Below, piece by piece: positions 47,601-61,424 of a stretch of DNA of 61,424 nucleotides. Within the stretch, counting starts at the first letter, position 1. Each line of letters begins with the position of its first letter. Location of the stretch: assembly GCA_001655205.1 (NCBI GenBank), contig LPNZ01003674.1:1-61424 (forward strand), written 5' to 3'. Source of the DNA: Lenisia limosa. Lineage: Eukaryota; Protista; Breviatea. The notes under the pieces were generated by a model, which made no database searches, was not told the DNA's origin, and saw only the letters and a list, made by a program, of their open reading frames with translations. The position numbers were made by a program, and so were the translations under genes.

Positions 47601-48404
47601 GGCATGATTTCTTCTCTTCCCATCACTGAGATCGTCTACACCTGCGAAGGCTACAAGTGGACCGCCACTTCCACCAGCTCCATGATCTGCGAAGAGGAGG
47701 TTATCTCTACCACCACTGAGGAAGAAGAGTCTTCCGGAAGCTCCATTGACAACATTGATGAAGGTATGTTTTTATTTGTTATTATCCCCCCTCCCCCCTT
47801 GTATTTTGATCTCACTATTCTAGTTATCATCCAATCTACCGCCGCTGACGAATCTTTCTTCTCATCTTCAACTGGTACCGCTATTGGTCTCTCCGCTCTC
47901 CTCGCTGTCGGTGCTGCCGCTGTCTTCATCTTTGTTGCCAAGGGCGTAGGAGGGGTGCTTTATTTCATATTTGATCTTTCAACTCGTTTTGTTATCTCAC
48001 CATTTCAGTCCAAGGACGACAAGGCCAAGGCTGACGACACCCCAATGGACTTCGTTGAGTCTTCCGCTGCCACTTTCACTGTCGACTCCGGCTCCAACCT
48101 CACCTCTGACGGCACCACTGGTGGCGGAGCTACTCTGGACTCCTCTTTCCTTGGTGAGCTTTCTTATTGATCTTTCGTAGCCGCATCATTCAAATTTTTT
48201 CCAATCTCCATCTTATCTCCCTATTATACTGAACTTTACTGTTTAGGCTCTGTTGACCTTTCCTCTGCCAACGAGACTATGGGTACCGGCATGGACGACG
48301 GCATGACCACCGGCTCCTCCGGCTCCTCCATGGACGGCTCCGGCTCTTCTGTCGGCAACACTACTGGCAACACCACCGGCACTCTTGACGGCACTGTTGT
48401 CTAA
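44615..48404 (+). CDS. Cys-rich cell-surface type-I membrane protein (signal peptide, beta-rich N-terminal region, sushi/PKD-like segments, furin-like CxxC repeats, TM, Ser/Gly/Thr-rich tail)
   Basis: MKFLFLFALLAAVFA; CxxC runs (CKTCDTGNLDVCTSC..CAECSLADSCTKC); TM GTAIGLSALLAVGAAAVFIFVA; strongly biased C/T-ending codons. Confidence 0.85.
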
Positions 48405-48810
48405 GTCGTTCGTTTTGTATCTTTCTCTGCTTTCTTCCACGTCTTCTTCTTGTATCTTTCTTTGTCTTGATTTTGCCTTCGTATTCCGCCCCATCACTTT
48501 GGTGGGTGTGATCACAGCTTGGCGGACTTTTCCGACTGTGAGGTGTTTTGTATTTATACATTAGTCCAACAAATTATGGAGGTCCATGGGTCTTTTTTGA
48601 TGTAAGGGTGGAATGGAAAATACAAGGGCTCCGAGGAATTGACACAATGAGAAATTACAGTGTCTGTAAGGAAATAACTTTCAAATTAGACACTACTACT
48701 TTTATTGCGATTTGTAACAATAACCCTAACGCAAGGGTGAATGGAAAAAACACACAAACCCGTGAACTACTTTTATTGCGATTTGTAACAATAACCCCAA
48801 CACATCAACA

Positions 48811-51800
48811 TCAAAAGTTATGAAAAGCTTCAGAAAGTTGTTTGTCAAAATCTCTTGGGTCACCCAACGCATTTATATACGTTCCTCTCTGTGACTCTTC
48901 AGAAATAGCCTACTAAAGTTAGGTTTTTTTTGGGATGTGTCAGAGTTCCACAATTGAAGAAACATGACAAAGCGCCAGAATACCAGCATAATGTTGAAAT
49001 CTTCTTTGTGACTCAGACTCAAATCATAACTGAAGGGTGAAATCAAAAGGGACGGTAGCGGGCTGTTGATCAACAGCCCCTGGTAAAGTGGTACCATGTG
49101 CCCCCCTCCCCTTTCCATATCATATGATGTATTATTGGACAAATTGTATTCAGTATGACAAACTCCAGCGTCCCCTCCCCTCCCGATACCACATGCACCG
49201 ACATGGCTGTATCATTGCCATTATGATGTGACACATACAGTATAATAATAAAACAATAAACCACGCTCAGTGGTGTTGTAGGTCAAGGCTCGTGAATGTA
49301 AAAGAGAATAACAAATTACCCCCATTTGCATATTGGAGAGACCATTTGCATATTGGAGAGGCCATTTACATATTGGAGAGGCCATTTGCATATTGGAAAG
49401 GCCATTTGCATATTGGGGGGGGGGGGGCATTTGAANNNNNNNNNNNNNNNNNNNNNNNNNNNNNNNNNNNNNNNNNNNNNNNNNNNNNNNNNNNNNNNNN
49501 NNNNNNNNNNNNNNNNNNNNNNNNNNNNNNNNNNNNNNNNNGCAATACATCCCAGTCTACGGGGTGTAATATTGGAGGCTTTGGGATCAATACTACCCAG
49601 TCGTTTCACCAGACTTTTTATTACTATCTGCTCTGTGATAAGTGTTCAACCAACCACATATTCTTGATGAAAGATTGAGAAGCAGGAACTTCATCAGCTT
49701 CCTTCAGGTACTCAATTAATGCCAACGCCTTACGTTTGTAGTATTCAATCGTTGTTTCAAACGAGATTGTCCATAAGGCAACAGGAAGAGCCTACTCTTA
49801 TCATTGCGTATTACAAAAAAAGAAAGTTCAATCAGACACAACGTAAAATCATATCAGGGCACTTAGGGAATCCTTAAAAGTTATGTAATCCTCAAACCAC
49901 TGTCTGCTTCAATAAAGTGTCAACCAGTGGTGCTATGGTTTTAAATTCTGTATATAAGTCTCTATAAGGGGTAAGAGAGGTTACCATTTGAAATCACTCA
50001 CGATGGCACGAGTGGCTTGGGAAGATCAGGGTCACCTAAAAAGGAATGTGAACAGAGATTGCCTTACTCGTGTATTCCCTTATTTCTTGAAGATAGTTGA
50101 TTCTAAGAATTGAATAATGATTGTACATCGGGGGTCTTAATACCTTAAACTTGTCAATATCTAGAGTTCGTGAGACAAACCAAATAATAACATCACTCCC
50201 CATTTGAAGCCCATCATACCAATTATAGATAGTGGCAACCTTGAGGAAATAGCCATATGTAAATTCAATTCGCCCTATAGCTTGTTTAATAAAAGTCGCT
50301 TTACTCACTGGGAAAAGTCCTTGAAGGTACAGTCCTGGAATGAAAGAAGATGAATCAGAGAGGTGTTGTGCAGAGTCCCTTTGATTGATTTCAAGAAAAA
50401 AGGCAAGCATTTCAATCATCTACATCATTAAAAAGAATATGTGCAGCCCAACATTATTCACCCTTTCTTTGTTTTTTCCAATAACGACCGCAGTACGAAA
50501 TGTTGTCAAAAAGGAGGTAACTGCGCTAAAAGATGAGTCCTCTTACGGAAAATGTCATACAAACTCATCCAATGACAATATGAGATAATAATATACTAAC
50601 TACATATTATATGTACATAGTAGATAATATATACGATATATAGCTGTGTAAAAATCTATACACGTATGTATATCAAATGTTATACCTGCAACAGCTTACA
50701 TAGCAAAAAATGAATAGTTGAGATTTTCTGTCATCGGATTTGTTTCCATCTTGAAAGGTGGAAGACGAAGTGGCCAAAGAGTCTCAAAATTCATGGCAAA
50801 CTTCTCAACAGATTTATCAAACAAGGCAAGAGCAGAACGGAAGTCCTAAGCTGTAAGTGAATACATGTTTGAAACCAACAAGATCAACCATAAAGTGGCT
50901 CAGATCTGATCCCAATTCATGTATGTTTGGTTCCAACTAAAGAATAAGTACAAAAACAACAACATCACTCACATTAGGCCTTAACACCAGATATCGTTTT
51001 AAGTGATCATAAGGTATGGAAATTAGGAGCACGTAGATCTTCTCAGCTTTTCCCTTTATAGCTGATGGGACAGAAAACACAACACCAATGCTTATGGCGT
51101 CAAACTTCTCTAACATTAGAAACTAAAACTGTTACAGATGGTTTAAGGCTAATGTGCAGAATCTGAACTCATAACAACAACATACTTTTTGTTCCATGCC
51201 TGCAGACATTTCACGGCAAATTTCACCTGAAATTGTTGACTTAAAAATATATCCAGCATCGTACCCCACTCTTCATACCATTCAGCGCATGGGCCATGAA
51301 TTCAGCTTGATCCGGGTGGCCAAAGTAATTCAGCCCCTTCCATCTTCGAATACACTTGGGCCCTGTTATATCATCCCAGTTGACAATCATAATGTTCTTG
51401 ATGACTTTGCTGTCCTTAAGAGTCGGGTCATCTTCTGTGGAGGATTAAAGTGATGGTATTCCTTCATATCTCTAAACATCCTGAAAGCTTCCCCCTTCAG
51501 TCGTTAATAATATATTATACCTTTTAGGCTTATCAAAATGACTTTTTATTATTTCATTTTTTTAAAAAAACCGCAATATTCTTACTGACATCGAGATGTC
51601 ACAGGTACTTTACGCACAAAAACTTAAACAGAAAATCAACAAGTTTTTTAAACACCTCATTGTTATTGTTATATAAGGAGAGAAGACAATATCATATAAA
51701 GATTGGAGAACAGCCATTCATACCAAGATGAACTTCAGCTATTGGTTCTTCTTCTTGGGTTTTGTTTTTCACAAAGCCCATAAAAGTACCGAAAAGGCTT
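48811..51800 (-). CDS. C9orf72: C9orf72-like DENN-fold protein, multi-exon; 5' end uncertain; N gap lies in an intron
   Basis: VNWDDITGPKCIRRW, AEFMAHALNGEICR, FIPGLYLQGL, DIDKFKVLRPP, YKRKALALIEYL and EDFNIMLAISEE follow human C9orf72 (YWDNILGP, LANHTLNGEI, GLFVQGL, HRKALTLIKYI, GDLNIIMALAE). Confidence 0.82.
49321..49416. repeat. 20-bp tandem repeat (GCCATTTGCATATTGGAGAG), about 5 copies, ending in a G run just before an N gap
   Basis: Directly visible. Confidence 0.95.
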
Positions 51801-52084
51801 TCTTTCTTCTCGCTCATCTTCCCTTTCGCAATCTCCTTGGGGGGAGGCTGGTATGATATGATGTTACATAGGGGGTATGTGGGAGTTCAGCGTCCGCGTT
51901 GTGTTGTGCTGGCTTGTATTGGGCAATGATGGATGTATATGTGGTTATTTGTCGTGATGTGATACTGATGTAAGATATGGTCAATTGGTTTTTTTTTGAG
52001 GGGGGGGGGGCGGCGGCTGCGTGGTCAATTATTTTTTAAAAAAAGGAACAAATCAATAGCACATTAGCAAGAGCACAATAGTAT

Positions 52085-55000
52085 TAGGAAAGAAAAAAAG
52101 GCAAAGGCGTAAAGTTGATCCCTCGTTGTCTGAGGAAGAACTTCAACAAGTCGCCCCGCCTCTTCCCCCGCGTCAACTCAGGCAGCTTGCAGGAAATAAC
52201 GAAAAACCTGCTTTCTTCACGAAAGAAAATCTTGAAGAAAGGTTCTCCGCAAGAAAGTCTTGGAAACAGCACCCTCCTATTACTCCTCACCTCCACACGT
52301 TCTATGAATACAACTGGTCGTTAGCCTCAAGCACTGCAACTCCTCTTCGTTTTAAAACGGTTCGAGAGGATTTGTTTTTTTTTACTCTGGGTGTTGATAA
52401 ATGCGCCCCCACCCAGCTTGTCATATTCTAGGAAGAACCAAAACAGAAGAAGAAGTCTTGTTGTTGCGTCCAATAATGGAAACTATCGGAAGTGTGCTTG
52501 ACTTAAGACACCGAGGCCTTGTCCTGAGGGAGAAAGTCTGTGTTGTTGTCAGCTTCACACGTTCGGGAAAGGAGCGCGGTGATGGTAGGAAGGGCTCTCA
52601 CTGAAGTCGTTTCGCCATCTTGATATTCATTCATGGTTCATTCCTTTTAGCGAACCTGAACGCCGGCTGGGAGCTGAGTGAACTGATTAAGCAGTACTGC
52701 AAACCATCTGTTCCAGCAAAGCTTGAGATTTTGGTTGGTGGCATGTTCCCTAGATATTTCTGTAGCTAGCCACTGGGTTTAACTTCACCACAGGACTACC
52801 CCTCAGTCGGATCAGTGCCCCTTGGGTATGCGCCACCAATCACGAGATTTGCTGTATTCTTCCACTGTCGAATCCAGGCTCTCCCTCTCATCGCATTCAA
52901 TGCAACGAGTGAGTATCTAGTTACTCTTTTTTGGGGCGAACGTTTAATCATTCGTGATTTACCTTTTTAGAAACAACATTGTCAGGATTCCCTGCTTCCT
53001 TTTCTGTCAAATGCAAGCAACAAGGCAAGTACTCTTTATCGTAGGCTTCAATTTATTGTCCTTTTTAATGGGGCGTTTTTTACCATGATGAACGTCTTTC
53101 ACTTTTTAGGGACGCTGAAGTAGATATACGGCATTTTTTTCACATAGAAAGCGGATGTATTGAAACATGTTTGAAAGAGAGACGAGTTGAACAAGGTTTG
53201 GAATTGAGTATGTCATGATCATTAAAGCGTAAGAAGCAGTGCGGTGAACTGTTACGTGTCCAGTTTTTCTTAGTCTTTAGGGGTGGCAGCTGATACACTT
53301 TTCCTTCAAGGTCTTCCCACTCGTTATTTTACAGAAGCAAAAGATAGTGAGCAAGCTGGATGTGGAGGGTGATGAAAGAGTCTAATAAACTATCTATTAA
53401 TGCATCACACCAATAAAAATGTTCAGGCACGTATCCATCTTCTGACGTAATTCTGATGGTCTTCTCTTCAATAGCGTAAGGGAGATCCGTTTAACTGTTA
53501 CATCTTAAGCCCTTTTCATTTTTATAACGCTTCAGACCCGTTAAGAGAGTGGAGTGGATTTCTGAACCGAATACGCTTAATGTACGCCCGTCACTTAAGC
53601 CTATCTTATTCCCAATTCGCCCGAAACAGACAAAACTTCGTATGCGGATAATAGGGGTGGCTTTACTGGTTTTGACAGTCGCTGCTGAGCAAATCTCACA
53701 TTTTAGCTGGTATCACGTTCTCCTGTTTTATCCAATTTCGATCATATGTTGAAGCATGCCACGCTTTTAAGATTTTGTGTGACTCTACTCTCACGAGGAA
53801 ATCTGTTGAAGGAGCATGTATGCTACTTAATTCTGTGCTATACTATGATGATGACTGTTTAATGCTGTTCTTCACATCCCAGTACCCTCTGTGTTGGCAT
53901 CCCATTTCACCACCGAATTCGACTTTTCTGCCTATTTATCTGCAAAAGCAATTCGTGAGAGAAAGTTCAAAAAGGAGCAAGAAAAACTGAACAAATTAAA
54001 GTGGGTTGCGAATGGACCAACGTCGTTATTTGAACATTATATTCATTTTTTCATTATTATTGTTGATGTTTTGTGTTTTACTATTCAGAGAAGAGAAGAG
54101 GAGAGTGAAGAAGGAAGAGGAGCTGAGGAAAATGAGAGAAAGAGAAGAGAAAAAAAGACAAGCTGAAGAAGAAGAACGAAAAAAACGGAAAGAAAAAGAA
54201 GCGCAGAAGAAGCTAGAAGAAGAAGAGAAGAAGCGGAAGCAAGAGGAGGAAAGGTAAGCCAGAGGTCTATATGGATTGTAATAATCATCATTTTCACTTT
54301 TCAAATTGTATCAATGGAATGACTTTCTCATTACCATGTAGGTTGAAGAAAGAAGAAGCAGAACGGAAGAGATTGGAAGAAATTGAGCGTCAGAAGGAGT
54401 TGGCCCGCCAAGCCCGTGTCAAGGCCGAAGAAGAAGCACGGGAAAGGGAAAAGGCTGAGGTTCTTGCCGCACAGGAGGAGTTGAAGAGAGTCAGAGCCAG
54501 GAGGAAAGCAGAAGAAAGAATGCAGAAGTTGAAGAAGTACAAAGAAGAAGCCCAGTGGTGGGTAGATAGAGATAAGAACGCAGCAGAGTCACAAGAAAGA
54601 GGCTACTTGAGAAGCATTCTCAACCATGACTATTTAGAGGAAGAAGAGGAAGAAGATGCTGAAGAAGAAGAAGGAAGTGCTGGTGAAGAAAAAACGGAAG
54701 TACATATTTTTGATCAGGTCACTCTTGAAGTATCTACTTTACTGAGTGATGAGAATGACGTCACTACGTTTGAATCTGAGGCAGTGGGGCGATGGGAGGA
54801 AGGAAGTGACAAGCTTGCATGGCTTGTTGGTCTTGATGGCGTGGCTCGATGTGAGGCGGTGGAGGAGGAGGAAGAGAAAATCAGAAGTCGAAGAATAAAG
54901 AACAAGCAGTTGCAGAAGAAGATCCATGAAGAAGCAAAGAGTGTTGAGTTGCTGAAGTTAGAGAGAGAAGTGTCGGAGAAGCGTTTGAAAGAAGCGCTTA

Positions 55001-55734
55001 CACGGCCGAAGAAGCCGATAAGGCTGTCCCCTGAGCCTGTCAAGGTGGAGCGGAGATTGATTTCAAGGCTGGGTTTCCCATCAGTAGCATCATCCGCCGC
55101 CATCAAGAATACCAATGTTCGTCCAACCCCACAAACTGCTAAAGCCCCTCAGAGACCCCAGAAATCAGTCAAATCCAAACCATCACCTACCCCCACTACT
55201 CAGTTACCACACCCCAAGTCTACTGTTGCCCCCAAGTTGTCACCCCCCAAAACTCAAGAAAAACCAATGACTTTCCCAAGTAACTCTTCTCCCCCTCTGT
55301 ATGGTTGTAGATTATTGTCCAATTTGTTCATATCTTCATTTCCTTTAGAACTGCAATGAAGGAAGAGAAAGAAGCACGTGCGGAAGCGGCGGAACTCGTC
55401 AAGAAAAAAACTATCCAGACTAGAACAGCTGTGAAATTCAACCCCAACGCTACTGGTAATTGGGATTGTTTTACTGAGGTGTTGGAAGTACGTCGTGTGT
55501 TTTTTTCCTTTTTTTTTTTTTCAATCATATTTTGACGGTAATCTTCATTTCCAAGTTCTAATTCTAACAGTGAAGTCATCGAACGAGGTGAAAAAGCAGA
55601 TCCTAGTCAGCCGTGAGCGCCAGGCTGAAGTCAATGTTCTCAAGGCAAAGATCAAATTGGCTGAGATGGAAAAGTCTGCCCGATTACTAAGAGCAAAAAT
55701 GCTCAAAGACAAAATGAAAAATAATTTAAAATAA
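52085..55734 (+). CDS. Hypothetical multi-exon protein with an unassigned globular N-terminal part and a Glu/Lys/Arg-rich coiled coil; start uncertain
   Basis: ORFs 54006-54257 and 54271-55359 plus flanking GT-AG exons. No family recognised; could be two genes. Confidence 0.6.
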
Positions 55735-55995
55735 ATCAAAGGGATCAATTTGATACAAGAAACATAATATAATACTACTTCACACAAGTTAAATACAATA
55801 AACTAATAGCTGGAGTCAGCTCCATGGAAATGAGGTTCTGGGGACGGAGTATGGGCTGTTGTGATTAGAAAAAAAAAAAAAGAGAGGGGAGGGGGATCAA
55901 TGCAAGATATTGGTATTAAAAAACAAAAAGCTCAAATAAAGGGAGAACGGTGAAGCCAAATCCAAGACAACAACTCTGATATAAGATTGCATGGA

Positions 55996-58963
<2,968 letters not shown>

Positions 58964-59276
58964 TTAGACTCCTAATTAGTTATAAACTCGAGATGTAGTA
59001 TCTTTCTAACGTCTTCTATCCCGCTAGTGCGTCCATCTATCACCACAAAACATATTAAACACAAACCTCTTTCTATTTTTCACTTCCCCCTTTTTTTCCT
59101 TAAACAAACGTAAAATACAAATTTCCAGATCACTGATCATATCAGATTCTTCTTTTTATTTTAAGCTAATTAGCAGTTTAAGAGAAGATCATATATTAAT
59201 ATATTAATTAAACCTAAACCACAAGGAGCTCAAAAAATAACATCTACCAAAGTCACAACATGAGCAAGCCACAACG

Positions 59277-60891
59277 TCACAAGAAGTCATCCAATTCATC
59301 CGCGTCCATTGATTCCTCAACAGTGATTTCAGGTTCATCATTTTCTTTGCAAGCCCAGGACTCCAGCCGCTTAGAAATTATCGATGGCACAATTATGGGC
59401 TTGAAGTCAAGACTTGAACTCTGAAGAAGTTCTTGCGTTGATTCAGGTTTTTGTTCACGCTGATGTAATTTAGCTTCCTCCAAATGAGGAAAAATCTTTA
59501 CCAAAGTCCGCATTGTAATTAAGATTTCTAAAGATCGTAAGGAAATAATTGAAACCTAAATTAGTCAATATAAACAACATTTCTAAGAGCAATTGACACT
59601 TTATCACCAAGTAGACGACCATAAGCTTCCAGTACAGTTTTAGAGAATGTACCTGGTTACCTAAAACAAGAAACATTTTAACAAAGTAGTTGAGTGGTCA
59701 CATAGATAACCAGATCCTTCACCACAACATGAAACTTGAAAGTTAATCACTAGATTGATGAGAATTTAGTAATATTTACCTTGACAAAATAGATAGGGTA
59801 ATTGTTGATTTTGGTGAGAAACGTTGGCTAATTGTTTGAAATCAGCTGAATTGTATATGTGGTAATTGATTTTCAAGTTTTCCCATGAAGTGCCACTGGC
59901 ATTTCTAACAGCAACCTTATTTTGAGAGAACTTCTTTGGAAGCGGTAATGGTTGTTTGACAGCATTTTCAACTGAGTTTGATGAAGAATCTTGGGTATTT
60001 TCAAAAGAAGAAAATTCGGTTGTTAGATTGGGTTTTGGGAATTCTACCGCATCTCGCTTTGGTGTAACTCCAATTTTTCTCAACCTCGCAATTGAATCTG
60101 AAAACGGTGAGTGAAATAGCAACAAACTTGACAACAATGGCGTGGTGGAAACTGATGGACTAGGATGGGGAATCAGTGATGGTTCATGAACAACAGGACT
60201 TTCAAGCAGTTTTGAAATATGGTCATCAATTTTCTGAGGGATTTCAATGTCATTAGTGTCTTGGGTTTCAGAGAAAGAGGAAGGGCCTTTGGACAATGTT
60301 GAAGGAGGATTGTTACCAAAAGAATTAAAGCCTAACTTTGGGCAAACAATTCGTCTCAAATGTGGCTTTTGAAAGGATGTCACTGAAGAAAGTTTATGTC
60401 TTTTGTCCATTCTTCTCACTTCGTTCATCAAAAAAATAAAAATTACTCAATTATATTTTAGATATACCAGTAAAACGCGCAGATGTGACGCAGATATGCC
60501 ACGATATGCACATAAACTATCTTCCCCAGCATCGCATGTTCATTTTTAGACATGTCTGTCACCTTGTAGATCAATAGATCTTGCCTGGTTTGGTGATTTT
60601 TCAATGTTTCAATGTCAAGCCTTGGTTTCTTCAAGGTTTCAAGAGCCAAGAGCCAAGAGCCCGCCAAATATAACTCCTCCTACCAACACAGAAAGAACGC
60701 TGGCGGCAAAATCTAGAAACAAGTTTTGCCGAATTCAACGGACCAAGTCAAATGTAGGAACCTACGGCTATGAATCTTTGCATTCCGAGACACAGAATAA
60801 TGATCCGCTTTCTCCCTTTAACTCACCAAACTTGAACTTCAAATCCTCCTTTTCCCACTCTTCTCTTTGACATTTCAAAAATGGACACCAT
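59277..60891 (-). CDS. Hypothetical Ser/Pro-rich protein, multi-exon; boundaries uncertain
   Basis: 221-aa ORF at 59766-60431 and 78-aa ORF at 59277-59513, flanked by plausible splice sites. No family recognised. Confidence 0.45.
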
Positions 60892-60995
60892 AACAATCAG
60901 AAACACACAATTGGACTTAAAATATGGGAAATTAAATATACATTATTTCGAAGTTACCACAAAATAGACGAGAATATCAATCATTATACACAGAA

Positions 60996-61424
60996 TTAAG
61001 CCTCCTGGCAGCCACAGAGCTTGAAGGTCTCGAACCAAGACTCAGCCTGGTCGTCATCGTCAGCGGTGAGCTCAACCTTCTGGTCGTTCTTCTCCTCATT
61101 GGGGTCCTTCTCGTAGTAGTAGTAGACGGTGGCACCAGTGATGGAGAGGGTCTTGCCGGACTTCTTGACCTTAGAGTTGTGGAGACGGATGTACTCACGG
61201 GGGTTGGGTTGGCGCTTCTTGCGCTTGAAGAGACCCTTGCCGCCAAGAGAAGGCATGGAGACGGAAGGCATAGACATGGAAGGCATGCTAACGTCGGGCA
61301 TGGAAACATCAGGCATGGAGATATCGGGCATAGAGATGGAAGGAAGGTGGAGCTTGTCGAGGATAGAGTCGTCCTGGTCTTCGGGAGGAGCAGCGTTGGA
61401 GCCCCAGTTGTAGCCGCGTTGGTG
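60996..61424 (-). CDS. C-terminal part of a protein with (I/V/M)SMP(D/S) pentapeptide repeats followed by a PH-like domain; 5' end outside window
   Basis: Strongly codon-biased ORF: SMPDISMPDVSMPDVSMPSMSMPSVSMPS then ..KVELTADDDDQAESWFETFKLC, a typical PH C-terminal helix with the conserved W. Confidence 0.7.
   Translation of the reverse strand, partial: HQRGYNWGSNAAPPEDQDDSILDKLHLPSISMPDISMPDVSMPDVSMPSMSMPSVSMPSLGGKGLFKRKKRQPNPREYIRLHNSKVKKSGKTLSITGATVYYYYEKDPNEEKNDQKVELTADDDDQAESWFETFKLCGCQEA

Larger units (their letters stand above)
9346..49541. other. Seven assembly gaps: 9346-9462, 12331-12419, 18869-18959, 21953-22023, 24495-24591, 37354-37445, 49436-49541
   Basis: Runs of N; most adjoin homopolymer C/G/T runs or minisatellites. 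Confidence 0.99.

Noticed and set aside
48721-48730. TAACCCTAAC, matching a TTAGGG telomerase RNA template, beside a 32-bp direct repeat (48695-48726 / 48766-48797)
   Set aside because: A 10-nt match is plausible by chance in 61 kb. It lies in the 3' UTR zone of two convergent genes, can pair with the adjacent AGGGT, and no other telomerase RNA features are visible.

Overview
Eukaryotic (protist-like) nuclear DNA with compact gene spacing, standard genetic code and many short GT-AG introns (mostly about 35-90 nt). Because of the introns, the supplied ORF track shows only exon fragments, so I rebuilt the gene models by hand. About 18 genes are supported: striatin 3' end, COP9 subunit CSN1, vasohibin with a long tail, YqeB, diacylglycerol kinase, ABP34-like EF-hand protein, a bacterial-like hypothetical protein, condensin-II CAP-G2, SYF1/XAB2, a USP-domain protein, a large membrane-anchored polysaccharide-lyase-like protein, cathepsin B, a Cys-rich surface protein, C9orf72-like, a coiled-coil protein, a CDKL kinase, one hypothetical and a PH-domain protein. 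There are also two MITE-like elements, several intronic minisatellites and seven N gaps. Two results stand out. (1) An intact 9-exon gene encodes YqeB, the bacterial marker of the selenium-dependent molybdenum hydroxylase (Se-cofactor) trait. (2) A signal-peptide/CBM-like/alginate-lyase/heparinase II-III/CBM-like/transmembrane mosaic looks like a bacterial enzyme domesticated as a cell-surface protein. All family assignments come from remembered motifs, not database searches, and exon boundaries are approximate where stated.
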